Shown: in pieces, positions 37,619 to 46,595 of the stretch | How the letters are laid out: the number at the start of each line of letters is the position of its first letter | Position numbering within the stretch: position 1 is the first letter of the stretch | DNA from: Chloroflexota bacterium | GTDB lineage: Bacteria > Chloroflexota > UBA11872 > VXOZ01 | Assembly: GCA_963663275.1 (NCBI GenBank) | Contig: OY760183.1 | Span: forward strand, 3,136,001 to 3,200,000 | Length of the DNA stretch: 64,000 bases | Direction of reading: 5' to 3' | Program-made: the position numbers and the translations under genes | The notes under the pieces: model-generated | Told to the model about the DNA's origin: nothing | Database searches by the model: none | Seen by the model: only the letters and a program-made list of their open reading frames with translations

Positions 37619-39688
37619 ATGACGTTGCGCAAGACGCTGGGTGAATCCGAACACGGCGAAACGCTTGGCTTCAACTTCGACGATGGCGGCGGGCTGCGGG
37701 TGGCGCGGGCGCGGTTCGAGTCCGAGAGCAAGTTCGATTGGTCGTTGTTCGACGGTTACGACCGGGTGCGCATACTCACCTACTCGGCGGGGGTGAGCGC
37801 GCTCGTGCGGCTGCTGGAGCGGCACGGGTTCAGCGACTTCGAGTGCGTCTTTGGCTGCGAGAGCACGCTGCGCACCCTGAAGGACATCCTGGCGTTCCAG
37901 CAGGTTGCCATTGGCGACACGCGGGCGGCCATCAAGGGGCTATCCGACGAACGCCACGCCTTCATTCTCAGCCGCGTGCGGCAGGGGCAGGCGCGGTTTC
38001 GGGTGCTGCGCAAGCAAATCGCCCACGCCAAACTCTACCTGCTGGAGAACACCGAGACCGGTAGCACCCGCGCTATAATCGGCTCCGCGAACCTCTCCGA
38101 AACGGCCTTTGGCGGCCGCCAGTCCGAGACGCTGGTCTGCTTCGACGACGACTTGGCCGCCTGGCGCCACTACCTGGGCATGTACGAAGCCATCCGCGAC
38201 CGCGCCTCCAACGAGATTCCGCTGCCGCCGGAACGCATCGAGAAGGCCGAAATAACGCTGGAAGAAGCGCCCGTCCTGGACCCGGCAGACATTTCCACTC
38301 TGGTCATTGACAATACGGAAGCCGAGCCGGAACCGGGCGCCGGCGTCCAGATCGCCGTGCCCGCGCAGATCGAGCGCATCGAGAAGATGAAAGCCGCCAT
38401 ACCGCCGGTGGTTGGCAACCTCATGCCGCCGGTGCGCAACGGCAGGCAGCGCATCACGCCCGACGTCCGGCGCACGATCGTGCGCGAATCCAGCCGTATC
38501 CGCACGGTGCAATCCGAGGAAGAGGCCGACCACCGCCAGCTTTCCATCGACCGCGACGCCAGGACCGTCACGCTGCTCGGCGAACCGTTTTCGCTGGAAA
38601 CCGACCGTGCCGCCGCCAAGCGGGACGCGGACCTGCTGGTTGACTTCTTCAGCAACTACGAAGGCACGTTCGAAGGCGGCATGGGGGTGGAGCGGCTCCA
38701 GCGCGACTACTTCATCCTCTGGTCGTGGCTCTATTTCGCGCCGTTCATGTGCGACCTGCGCACGCTGGCGGGGCACCAGGGCGACATCTTCCGCTTCCCC
38801 TCGTTCGCCATCGTCTACGGCAAGCCCTCCTGCGGCAAGTCCAGCCTGATCGACACGCTGATGACCTCCATGTTCGGCAAGGCGTACAGCGTCGACAAGC
38901 GCGAGTTCACCAAGGCCCGGCTGCGGGACATCCAGCACGCCTACAAGCGCTTTCCCGCCGTGTTCGACGACATCGGCCGGGCCGCCATCCGCAGCCACGG
39001 CGAGGACGTGATCAAGGACGAAAACCCGCCGCTGGCTGCCGAGTACCCCTGCTTCGTGCTCTCCATGAACCAGGAACTCAAGGCCTTCAGCGACCAGATC
39101 GTCAAGCGCAGCCTGATGATCTACACCACCACCGCGCTGCCGTCATACAAGGAGAGCCTGCGCCACGAACTGCACCTGAAGATACAGGAGGTGCGCCGGG
39201 GCCTCTCCACGCATCTCTACCGCGCGTACCTGGGGCGGACGCTGGAACACCTGAGCGCCAACCCCAAGCCCGAGGACTGGCTGGCGCTCTCGTCCACCAT
39301 CCTGGCCGGGCTGATCGGCGACCTGCGGGACGCGCGCCCGCCGCTCTGGTGCGCCCCCATCACCTGGGACGCATACGCCGACAAACGCCACGAGCGCGTC
39401 AAGGCGCAACTGGAACACCTGCTGCGCCCGGCCACCCGCATGAAACAGGAAGGCGACCGGCCCACCGGCTGGTTCCTGGAAGGCGCTACGGTCATCGTGC
39501 TGGAACAAACCAACACCTTCGGCCGCCGCGAGTTCGATTGGGAAAACGTCCCCTCCACCCTCATCGACGACAACGCCAGCGTGGGCGGGAGAACAGTGCT
39601 GAACCGGCGGGAATTGGAGGAGTTTCTGGGGGCGAAACTCTCCGGTCAGGGGAATAGGCTCTTGGACAAGCTGTTCGGTTGGCGTTAA
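37619..39688 (+). CDS. PLD (HKD)-family nuclease fused to a P-loop ATPase
   Basis: HAKLYLLE..IIGSANLS..QSE; Walker A GKPSCGKS, Walker B VFDD, sensor-like LSMN. Confidence 0.75.
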   Translation: MTLRKTLGESEHGETLGFNFDDGGGLRVARARFESESKFDWSLFDGYDRVRILTYSAGVSALVRLLERHGFSDFECVFGCESTLRTLKDILAFQQVAIGDTRAAIKGLSDERHAFILSRVRQGQARFRVLRKQIAHAKLYLLENTETGSTRAIIGSANLSETAFGGRQSETLVCFDDDLAAWRHYLGMYEAIRDRASNEIPLPPERIEKAEITLEEAPVLDPADISTLVIDNTEAEPEPGAGVQIAVPAQIERIEKMKAAIPPVVGNLMPPVRNGRQRITPDVRRTIVRESSRIRTVQSEEEADHRQLSIDRDARTVTLLGEPFSLETDRAAAKRDADLLVDFFSNYEGTFEGGMGVERLQRDYFILWSWLYFAPFMCDLRTLAGHQGDIFRFPSFAIVYGKPSCGKSSLIDTLMTSMFGKAYSVDKREFTKARLRDIQHAYKRFPAVFDDIGRAAIRSHGEDVIKDENPPLAAEYPCFVLSMNQELKAFSDQIVKRSLMIYTTTALPSYKESLRHELHLKIQEVRRGLSTHLYRAYLGRTLEHLSANPKPEDWLALSSTILAGLIGDLRDARPPLWCAPITWDAYADKRHERVKAQLEHLLRPATRMKQEGDRPTGWFLEGATVIVLEQTNTFGRREFDWENVPSTLIDDNASVGGRTVLNRRELEEFLGAKLSGQGNRLLDKLFGWR

Positions 39689-39771
39689 AGAGAAGAACAA
39701 CTGTGCCGCAGCCAAAATGAACCGGACGTACCGTTCTGTTGGTTCATGCTCCCGCGTGACACGTAGCCCGC

Positions 39772-39791
39772 TTGTACGATGTATCGTACAA
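39772..39791. promoter_or_regulatory. Palindromic TA operator overlapping a -10
   Basis: TTGTACGAT-GT-ATCGTACAA perfect inverted repeat; TACAAT at 39787-39792. Confidence 0.6.
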
Positions 39792-39798
39792 TATGGTC

Positions 39799-40095
39799 AT
39801 GTACACGATCCTGCGAAGCGCGACGTTCAACCGGTGGCTGAGCAGGCTGCGGGACCGGCAGGCGGTAGACCGCATCGTCGCCAGGTTGCTGGCAGCCGAA
39901 GACGGGCATCTGGGAGACGTGCGGTCTGTTGGCGGCGGCGTGTCGGAGATGAGAATCCAGCATGGACCTGGATACCGGGTCTACTTCATCACGCGCGGCG
40001 CTGAGTTGATCGTCCTGCTATGCGGCGGCGACAAGGACAGCCAACGGCGAGACATCGAGCGTGCCAAGAGAATGGCGACAGAATGGAGGAGCTGA
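39799..40095 (+). CDS. RelE/HigB-type addiction module toxin
   Basis: GHLGDVRSVGGGVSEMRIQHGPGYRVYF..LLCGGDKDSQRRDI. Confidence 0.88.
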   Translation: MYTILRSATFNRWLSRLRDRQAVDRIVARLLAAEDGHLGDVRSVGGGVSEMRIQHGPGYRVYFITRGAELIVLLCGGDKDSQRRDIERAKRMATEWRS

Positions 40096-40460
40096 TGTCT
40101 GAGGAGTACCGAAAGTTCGACGCGGCGGACTACATAAAGACTGCGGAAGATGCCCGAGGGCTTCTCAGAGCGGCTGCGGATGAGGATCTTGGGGATGGGG
40201 CCGTGATTCGCGCCGCCCTCAAGTACCTCGCTCGGACGCAGAACATGAGCGCCCTCGCCCGCGAAACCGGGCTTAACCGGGGCAACCTCTACGCGGCGCT
40301 GTCAGCAGACGGCAACCCTACCCTGGCAACACTGCTGAAGGTTGCCAACGCCCTGGGGCTGAGGCTGCGCCTCGAGCCTGTCGAAAGCCCCGCCCAGAAC
40401 GCGCAACCGGCTGAAGCAAGACGGCGCTCAAATCACCGGCCGGATACCGGAGGACGCTAA
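40095..40460 (+). CDS. Addiction module antidote (HTH) antitoxin
   Basis: FDAADYI, MSALARETGLNRGNLYAALSADGNPTLATL; TGATG overlap. Confidence 0.85.
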   Translation: MSEEYRKFDAADYIKTAEDARGLLRAAADEDLGDGAVIRAALKYLARTQNMSALARETGLNRGNLYAALSADGNPTLATLLKVANALGLRLRLEPVESPAQNAQPAEARRRSNHRPDTGGR

Positions 40461-40659
40461 GGTCATCGTCATCGAGCAGACCGACACCTTCGGCCGCCGC
40501 GAGTTCGATTGGGGAAAAGTCCCCTCTACCCTCACCCACGACAACGCCACCGTGGGCGGCAGAACGGTACTAAACCGGCGGGAGTTGGAGGAGTTCTTGG
40601 GCGTGAAACTCAGTGGAGGACGAAATAACCTACTTGACAGGATTCTCGGTAGGAGATGA
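40408..40659 (+). pseudogene. Orphan diverged 3'-end copy of the PLD-ATPase gene
   Basis: Colinear with 39437-39688 (offset 971); RLKQDG..VIVIEQTDTFGRREFDWGKVPSTL..RRELEEFLG..*. Confidence 0.85.
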
Positions 40660-40813
40660 TTGACAGGCAACCTTCAAAACAACATTATGGGCGTTTGGAA
40701 TCACTGTCAAGCTACTCGATAGTAGAGTGCCCAATAAACATGACTTGTGGTTCTGAGCCTATTGGTTTGGCTTATTCCGAGGTTTCGGAATCAGTCACTT
40801 TGCGCTCATGGTG

Positions 40814-42280
40814 TCAGACTGGCAACCGAGGTTCAGCTTCGCGCCGTCCTGCCGCTACGTTCGGGGTCTTGAATCGCTTGCCATCAAGTATGTCCGCTAC
40901 TGTGAGTATCTGCATTCGCGGGTACTGCATCCCGTGAACCTCTAGACTACCCGCCTCTGCCATGTAGCGGTTGAAGTTGCGCACTTGCCCCGCGCTAAGC
41001 GGTTCCATCACGATAAGGCCGGCCATGAGCGCGCTATCTCCATCCATGACCGCGCGCAATTCCCGCAGCACTTTTATTGTGACGTTTCGGCCGCCCTTGA
41101 CCTCGAGCACCATGCTATGAATCTGGTCATCGTGCGGCATGTAGAAGTAAAGCCGTCCATCAATCCCTCTGTCAGCCGTGCGCTTGGCAGTCACGAATCC
41201 GTCCACTTGCTCTACCGCCCACTGCTGGAAGTGGTACGTATCCCGCTGCCACAGATCCCGGGCCGCCTCTAGGGTAAGCGGTACGCCATCCACTTCATAG
41301 TCCTTGCCCTCTACCAGTCCGCAGCGGTCTTTTAGGCGGTTCTGAATCACGCGGTTGACGGCGTGAAACGCTATGTCTATGCCTATCCACTTGCGGCCTA
41401 GGATGTGCGCCGCCTCTAGGGTAGTTGCGCATCCTGCGAACGGGTCGAGCACCACGTCTCCCTCACTCGAGCTTGCCTTGATGATGCGCTCCAGCAGGGC
41501 GCGCGGTTTCTGTGTGGCGTACCCCATGCGTTCTTTCGACTGGGTTTGCCCTAGCGAATGCACGTCGGTCCACCAGTCAGGAATCGGTGTGCCAGGGATT
41601 TCGTCAAGGTACGTTCTGCCGCCAGGGTATTGCTTGTAAGCCCGGCCGTCCTCATCCTTCATCGTGTACTTGGCTTTTGCCGCGTCGGTCAGAGGCTTGT
41701 AAGGACGGTTGAATACACCGCTCTTGCTTGAGCGTCCGTAGTAGAAGATGGTGTCATGCTTGCGGTGGAATCCAAACTTGGGACCGCGTCCACCCGGAGG
41801 GTAGCACCACACAATCTCGTTACGAAAGTTCTGATGTCCGAACACCGCGTCCATAATGGTCTTGAGATAGTGACTTGCCGTTGTGTCGCAATGCAGGTAG
41901 ATACTTCCGGTGGGCTTCAATAAGCGCTGCATGACAAGCAGGCGCTGCGTCATGTATGACAGATAGGCAAGCAAGCGCGGTTGTGTGTGACGCAGCGCGT
42001 TCATCCACAGTCTCCATAGTTCAGCGGCGGAGTCGTCCAATCCAGCCTCACGCATCAAGACCGGCATGGCGCGTACGACACGTTCGCTTTCCGCGTCCAT
42101 TTCCCACATATCGCAGAAAGCGTCCACTTGCTCTGGCAAGGGTTGGCCGGTCTCGTCCTTGTAGATGGAATTGTACGTGCGATTGCTATTGAACGGCGGG
42201 TCAAGGTAGATGAGGTCAACGCTGCCTAACTTCATGTCCTGCATCACGGTCAAGCAATCGCCAAAGTATAGTTTGTTCAC
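40814..42280 (-). CDS. Beta-class N4/N6 DNA methyltransferase with a C-terminal Mrr-like PD-(D/E)XK domain
   Basis: LYFGDCL, YLDPPFNS, TQKP, DPFAGCATT; IDGRLYF..LEVKGG. Confidence 0.82.
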   Translation of the reverse strand: MNKLYFGDCLTVMQDMKLGSVDLIYLDPPFNSNRTYNSIYKDETGQPLPEQVDAFCDMWEMDAESERVVRAMPVLMREAGLDDSAAELWRLWMNALRHTQPRLLAYLSYMTQRLLVMQRLLKPTGSIYLHCDTTASHYLKTIMDAVFGHQNFRNEIVWCYPPGGRGPKFGFHRKHDTIFYYGRSSKSGVFNRPYKPLTDAAKAKYTMKDEDGRAYKQYPGGRTYLDEIPGTPIPDWWTDVHSLGQTQSKERMGYATQKPRALLERIIKASSSEGDVVLDPFAGCATTLEAAHILGRKWIGIDIAFHAVNRVIQNRLKDRCGLVEGKDYEVDGVPLTLEAARDLWQRDTYHFQQWAVEQVDGFVTAKRTADRGIDGRLYFYMPHDDQIHSMVLEVKGGRNVTIKVLRELRAVMDGDSALMAGLIVMEPLSAGQVRNFNRYMAEAGSLEVHGMQYPRMQILTVADILDGKRFKTPNVAAGRREAEPRLPV

Positions 42281-42427
42281 GTGACTGCCGCCTGGATGAA
42301 ATCACCAGTTGCATTCTCGCTGCAGCCGATGTTGTACTTGTAGCATGCTTTCGTAACGCGGGACGGGGCGTGCCTCACGGTGTAGCAGTGATGCGAGCCA
42401 CCCAACACCTGTTCTAGCAGCACACCG

Positions 42428-44410
42428 TTATCCACCATCTCGTGCCAGACTTTCATCGCCATGGTGACTAGCTCCGCAAGCTAAAGAAACAACACCCGAT
42501 TCTACATAAGATCGAATCGTGCTCAGCATAATCACTTCAATGGCATGCGTCTCACCGTCTCTTTGGAGTAGATGGGTTGTTCCCGGATACCTTCGTTGGT
42601 CGAGGTTTGTGATATCTATCGGCTTCAGTTCATACCCAGCAAAACTCTCTTGAACTGTTCCCCAGCAAACGCAAATGTCTATGTGATTGTATTGCTTTGG
42701 CTTATTCTCGTCGTCGATGTCGTCTATCAAACCATCAAGATTGTTCTTGTATTCGAGTGTCAGGTTCCTAGTTTGAAATGTGTCGCTTTCACCGAGCACA
42801 GAGGGTGCCAATCCTAAGATACTCTCACTTGCTTTCAGTTCCCTTTCAGTACTGTCACATCGAAAGAATACTAGTGAGTCATACGTCTGGCTCTGACTCG
42901 TCGCTAGTAAGCGTATCCCGGGAAACACACCCAATGCACACAGTTGGTGAAAAAGCCCAACTACATCTTGTTCAGTCAGAGGTTCGCTTTCATATGTCAC
43001 TGGGGGAATATGAATCGGCTTTCGTTCCTGGTGCTTGCGCACATTGAATTCCCAGTCCTGCTTGTTGAATTCCACCTCTCGTTGTTGCGCGGAAGGAGTC
43101 TCGCCCGTAGGCCTAAGGAATAAGCGCTGGTTGGCCAGATACTGAACAACTCGATTTGCCGCGGCCTTTGCAGTGTCAAGTACCTCGTCCTGTACAGTCT
43201 TGCGGCCTTGGTCTGGGAATGCGTTGTCGAAGTGGACGACTACAAGCACGTTACGACTAAAGGCCTCGTACCGTGTGGCATCAATGGGAAATAAGTCGGC
43301 CAACCTTTGCCGGTTTATGGCGAGCACGAGGCCCGGAGAGAGATACGACCTAGACCTTGACTGAGAGAGAATGCTGTTCATATCACCCCAAATCCCACCT
43401 TGGTATGGAACGAAAGCGTACAGGGTGGGATCGTAAGTATTCAGCTGTTCCTCGAATTCCTCTCTCTCAGCCCTTGTGTACTCAGTTCGAATTCTCTCAG
43501 TGTCCCAATAGACAAATACACCATCTTGCCGTTTGAACTGATCGGGAATGTCCGCGCGTTGCGGATGCTCCGTATAATACGTTCCTAAATCTAGAAAGCG
43601 GTATTCGGGATTGCGGTCAACATTGTGTGGATAGAGAAAGCTAGGTTCGAAGGGGCGGTCCGACTTTTCACCCTGAGAGTCAATCAAGGTAAGTGAGGCT
43701 TCGATATCGTCAAGTGGTTGGCGGTCAATTAGAATCTGGCCGATCGCAGTCCGAGTTTGCAAGATTGCGGCCCAAGCATCAATGTGTGGGGTAAGAGCAC
43801 GCAGGCTCTTGGGTCGTGTTGATTCAGAAAACTGCAATCTTACAAACGTGCCCCTGCTAAGTCCACTTAGCGGCGATTCGTCATCATCCCTGTCAACCAT
43901 TGCTGAATTGGGGCGTTCACCACGTGCCCAAGCATTGCCATATCGCATGCGTAAAGCAACAATCTCTTGGCCCTCTACCTTAGAGTGAATTCTCAGGTCG
44001 TCAGTGCCGTAGGCAAGGAGGGTTAGACCCACGCCCTTATAGCCACGGTATGAATTCTTCTTGCCTCTGCGGTCCATGATCCCTCCTTCACCCTTGAGGG
44101 AAACATGAGGTGCTACCGCACGAGCCAAGTCTCTCTCTGCCATCCCGATGCCGGTATCTAGGACAGAGACGTTGTTTTCACTAAGATTTATGGTTACTTC
44201 CAACCGAAAGGGGCCGGCAAGCTCATCAAGCACGGCATCCTCAATTGCGTCGACAGCATTCTGCACAGCCTCGGCCAAGAAGTCATAGTTGCTGTTATAG
44301 CTCTCGAGAACCCCAGACACGAGGCTTCGCTTATAGATGTCACTCTGAACTACGGTTTCTAGAGGATCGCGAGGGTATGAAATAGCCCTCTCAGATTCTC
44401 GTTCCGTCAT
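42428..44410 (-). CDS. GHKL (HATPase/MORC-like) ATPase with a C-terminal PD-(D/E)XK-like nuclease
   Basis: EAVQNAVDA, DTGIGM, GYKGVG; EQDVVGLF..YDSL..LEYK. Confidence 0.7.
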   Translation of the reverse strand: MTERESERAISYPRDPLETVVQSDIYKRSLVSGVLESYNSNYDFLAEAVQNAVDAIEDAVLDELAGPFRLEVTINLSENNVSVLDTGIGMAERDLARAVAPHVSLKGEGGIMDRRGKKNSYRGYKGVGLTLLAYGTDDLRIHSKVEGQEIVALRMRYGNAWARGERPNSAMVDRDDDESPLSGLSRGTFVRLQFSESTRPKSLRALTPHIDAWAAILQTRTAIGQILIDRQPLDDIEASLTLIDSQGEKSDRPFEPSFLYPHNVDRNPEYRFLDLGTYYTEHPQRADIPDQFKRQDGVFVYWDTERIRTEYTRAEREEFEEQLNTYDPTLYAFVPYQGGIWGDMNSILSQSRSRSYLSPGLVLAINRQRLADLFPIDATRYEAFSRNVLVVVHFDNAFPDQGRKTVQDEVLDTAKAAANRVVQYLANQRLFLRPTGETPSAQQREVEFNKQDWEFNVRKHQERKPIHIPPVTYESEPLTEQDVVGLFHQLCALGVFPGIRLLATSQSQTYDSLVFFRCDSTERELKASESILGLAPSVLGESDTFQTRNLTLEYKNNLDGLIDDIDDENKPKQYNHIDICVCWGTVQESFAGYELKPIDITNLDQRRYPGTTHLLQRDGETHAIEVIMLSTIRSYVESGVVSLACGASHHGDESLARDGG

Positions 44411-44658
44411 GATTTTCCTCGTCGTTCCTTGAGGCCAAACACAGTGGCTATGAGCCTGAAATCAGATCTGCCTATTCCAAGTCCACAAAGAAGTGCTCCA
44501 AGGCACATTGGTACGTTTCGTTACGCAATTGACCGCTTCGCCTCAACAGAACATGTACTACATGCACAATCTGCAACTTTAGAAGTGTATCGACATTCAA
44601 TAGGGCATTCGCTAGCTACGTAAAGAAAAGTCAATCTGGATTTAGACTTCCTGCAACT

Positions 44659-44737
44659 TGGTGAGAAAAAGAGGGCTTGACCTCCAAGCCTCCACGGTTT
44701 TCATTCGTGGCGATTGAACCAGTTGAGCTACTTGCTC
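44659..44737 (-). pseudogene. Highly degenerate tRNA copy (paralog of 46313-46389)
   Basis: Reverse complement GAGCAAGTAGCTCAACTGGTT...CCACG..CGTGG..CTCACCA; anticodon loop enlarged, T-loop broken. Confidence 0.55.
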
Positions 44738-45044
44738 TTCATCCACTGCGGAGTATAGCACGGCACCAATACGTGAGCAATGGCTATCAGCGGGGCGACT
44801 GACCCCCTCGACCCTGTGGGCGGGGTGTTAGCGCAATGAAGCTAACACCTCGTCGCGGCGGCCGCATTGCCGGAGTGGTCGATGCGGTAGCCCGCGGCGG
44901 CTGAAAGCGGTGTGCGCGTGGGCGGCTTTCGAGCCGGACGGACTCATACTTCCGCCGTCCGCCAGACGCCTTGCCGGTAGCGCCACCAGGCTCCGGCGGT
45001 GCGCGCCGCGAAGAAGGCGACCCCGGCAACGTAGACGCCGGGGA
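44659..45044. repeat. About 385-bp diverged duplicate of 46313-46696 (MATE 3' end, spacer, promoter and tRNA)
   Basis: Colinear at offset about 1652; the MATE-coding part 44944-45044 is near-identical to 46596-46696. Confidence 0.85.
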
Positions 45045-45139
45045 CATGGACGAGTATCTCAAGGACGACGACTACGGAAGTCCCTTACGCTTAAAGAGAA
45101 GCTGCCCTGGGCAGATAGTGGAGGGGCAGATCACCTGGG

Positions 45140-45898
45140 CTAACCTTGTAGGGTACCGCTCGCGCGGGTTGGGTACCGAGCGTTCGGGCTTTCAAGGATT
45201 GCGCGCTGGGATTCGGTCAGGTCTGCATAGTCATCGGGATCCAGGTAGCTGGCCGACCATGAGAGCGGGTGCGGGCTGTACTTGAAGAAGATAGTGCGGC
45301 GCTCGTCGGCGCCGTTCCAGGGAAGGGTGCCGTGGGTAAGGGCCTCGGTGAAGATGATGGCGGTGCCGGCGGGTCCGGTTACCCGCTCCACGAAAGGGCC
45401 CGGTTCGTCCATCTCTTTCCACTCTTCGGGGAACTTGAAGTTGCTCTTATGCGAGCCTGGCACGCAGCCAAAGCCGCCGTCCATGGGGCCGACATCCTTC
45501 AGATTGTAGGCAACCACGGAAAGGCCGTTATGCATCATCCCGTCATGGAAGCGGTAGTAGAACATGGGCCGGAAGGGGGCGCCGCCGCCGTGGAGGCTTG
45601 TCCCGATCGGGCCCTTGCCTGACCTGATGACATCGAGATAAACGTGGTCGAGCCTGAACTGATCGCCAAGCAGTTCGGTCAGGTAGGGTGTGATGGCCGG
45701 ATTGTCGATTAGGTCGCGGTAGTCCTTGGACCAGTGAAGCAGATGCTCAAACCTATGGGTGCGCATGTCCGTTGGGCATTCAGCGGCCATGTGCTCGTCG
45801 AGCACGCTGTTGAGCTGGGCGATCTTCTCAGGTGATAGTGCTCCCGGCACGGCAAGGTAGCCTTGAAGGTCGAACATGTAGCGCTCGTGGTCGTTCAT
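45140..45898 (-). CDS. Phytanoyl-CoA dioxygenase (PhyH)-family Fe/2OG-like protein
   Basis: YMFDLQGYLAV, LHGG, GGFGCVPGSHK, FTEALTHGTLPW, RRTIFFKY. Confidence 0.82.
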   Translation of the reverse strand: MNDHERYMFDLQGYLAVPGALSPEKIAQLNSVLDEHMAAECPTDMRTHRFEHLLHWSKDYRDLIDNPAITPYLTELLGDQFRLDHVYLDVIRSGKGPIGTSLHGGGAPFRPMFYYRFHDGMMHNGLSVVAYNLKDVGPMDGGFGCVPGSHKSNFKFPEEWKEMDEPGPFVERVTGPAGTAIIFTEALTHGTLPWNGADERRTIFFKYSPHPLSWSASYLDPDDYADLTESQRAILESPNARYPTRASGTLQG

Positions 45899-46312
45899 GA
45901 GTTGTCTCCTTGTTACATGTTTTCTGGAATCAATGGCAACAGCCTTTATGCCACACTCTTTCCAGGCTCTGACTTTAGCCTACATCGACCGCCTCGATGG
46001 TCTACCACGATGCGCCAACTTAGAACTTGCCTTGCCACTCTGGAGCGCCAATCGCGGGAACCTGAATTCAATCTCTGTAACTGGAGTTTTGCCAAGGCAG
46101 CAGACATGCGCTTGCGTGGCGTCCATGATTTGCTTGCGAACGGGCGACCCTCTTCCTTCCCTAACACGGTTCCGTTCTTACCCTCCGTATTGTCAAATCC
46201 CTAAGAAACAATCTCAAAATGGTCAGCCGCCACAGTCGGCGGAACCACAAGGCGGGTCTGGCCAAATGCTACCGTGGAATAGTTCGAGTCCCCTCAGTGC
46301 TTAGCTATGAAC

Positions 46313-46389
46313 TGGTGGGCAAGGGAGGACTCGAACCTCAGATCTCCACGATGTCAACATGGCGCTCTAACCGGCTGCGCTACTTTCCC
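46313..46389 (-). tRNA. tRNA-Val(GAC), probably a pseudogene
   Basis: 77 nt ending CCA; anticodon arm CCATG-TTGACAT-CGTGG; GGTTCGAGT T-loop; one mismatch each in acceptor, D and T stems. Confidence 0.7.
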
Positions 46390-46403
46390 TACCTACAAAG
46401 CGG

Positions 46404-46432
46404 AGTATAGCACGGCGCCTACATGGGAACAA
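46404..46432 (-). promoter_or_regulatory. Sigma70-type promoter of the tRNA
   Basis: TTGTTC-17-TATACT with TG extension; twin TTGCTC-17-TATACT at 44752-44780. Confidence 0.6.
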
Positions 46433-46595
46433 TCGCCGTCGGTGGAGCAAGCGACCTTCTTGACGCTGTGGGCGGGGACTTAACGCAATGAAACTAACGC
46501 GCCGTTGCGGCGGCCGCATTGCCGCAATGGTCGATGCAGCAGCCCTCGGCGGCCGAAAACGGTGTGCGCATGGGCGGCTTGCGAGCCGGACGACC

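Noticed and set aside
16995-46389. Classical tRNA-integrated island or prophage
   Set aside because: No integrase, phage or conjugation genes, and no tRNA 3'-end att repeat seen at the far boundary; the tRNA copies are whole and degenerate.
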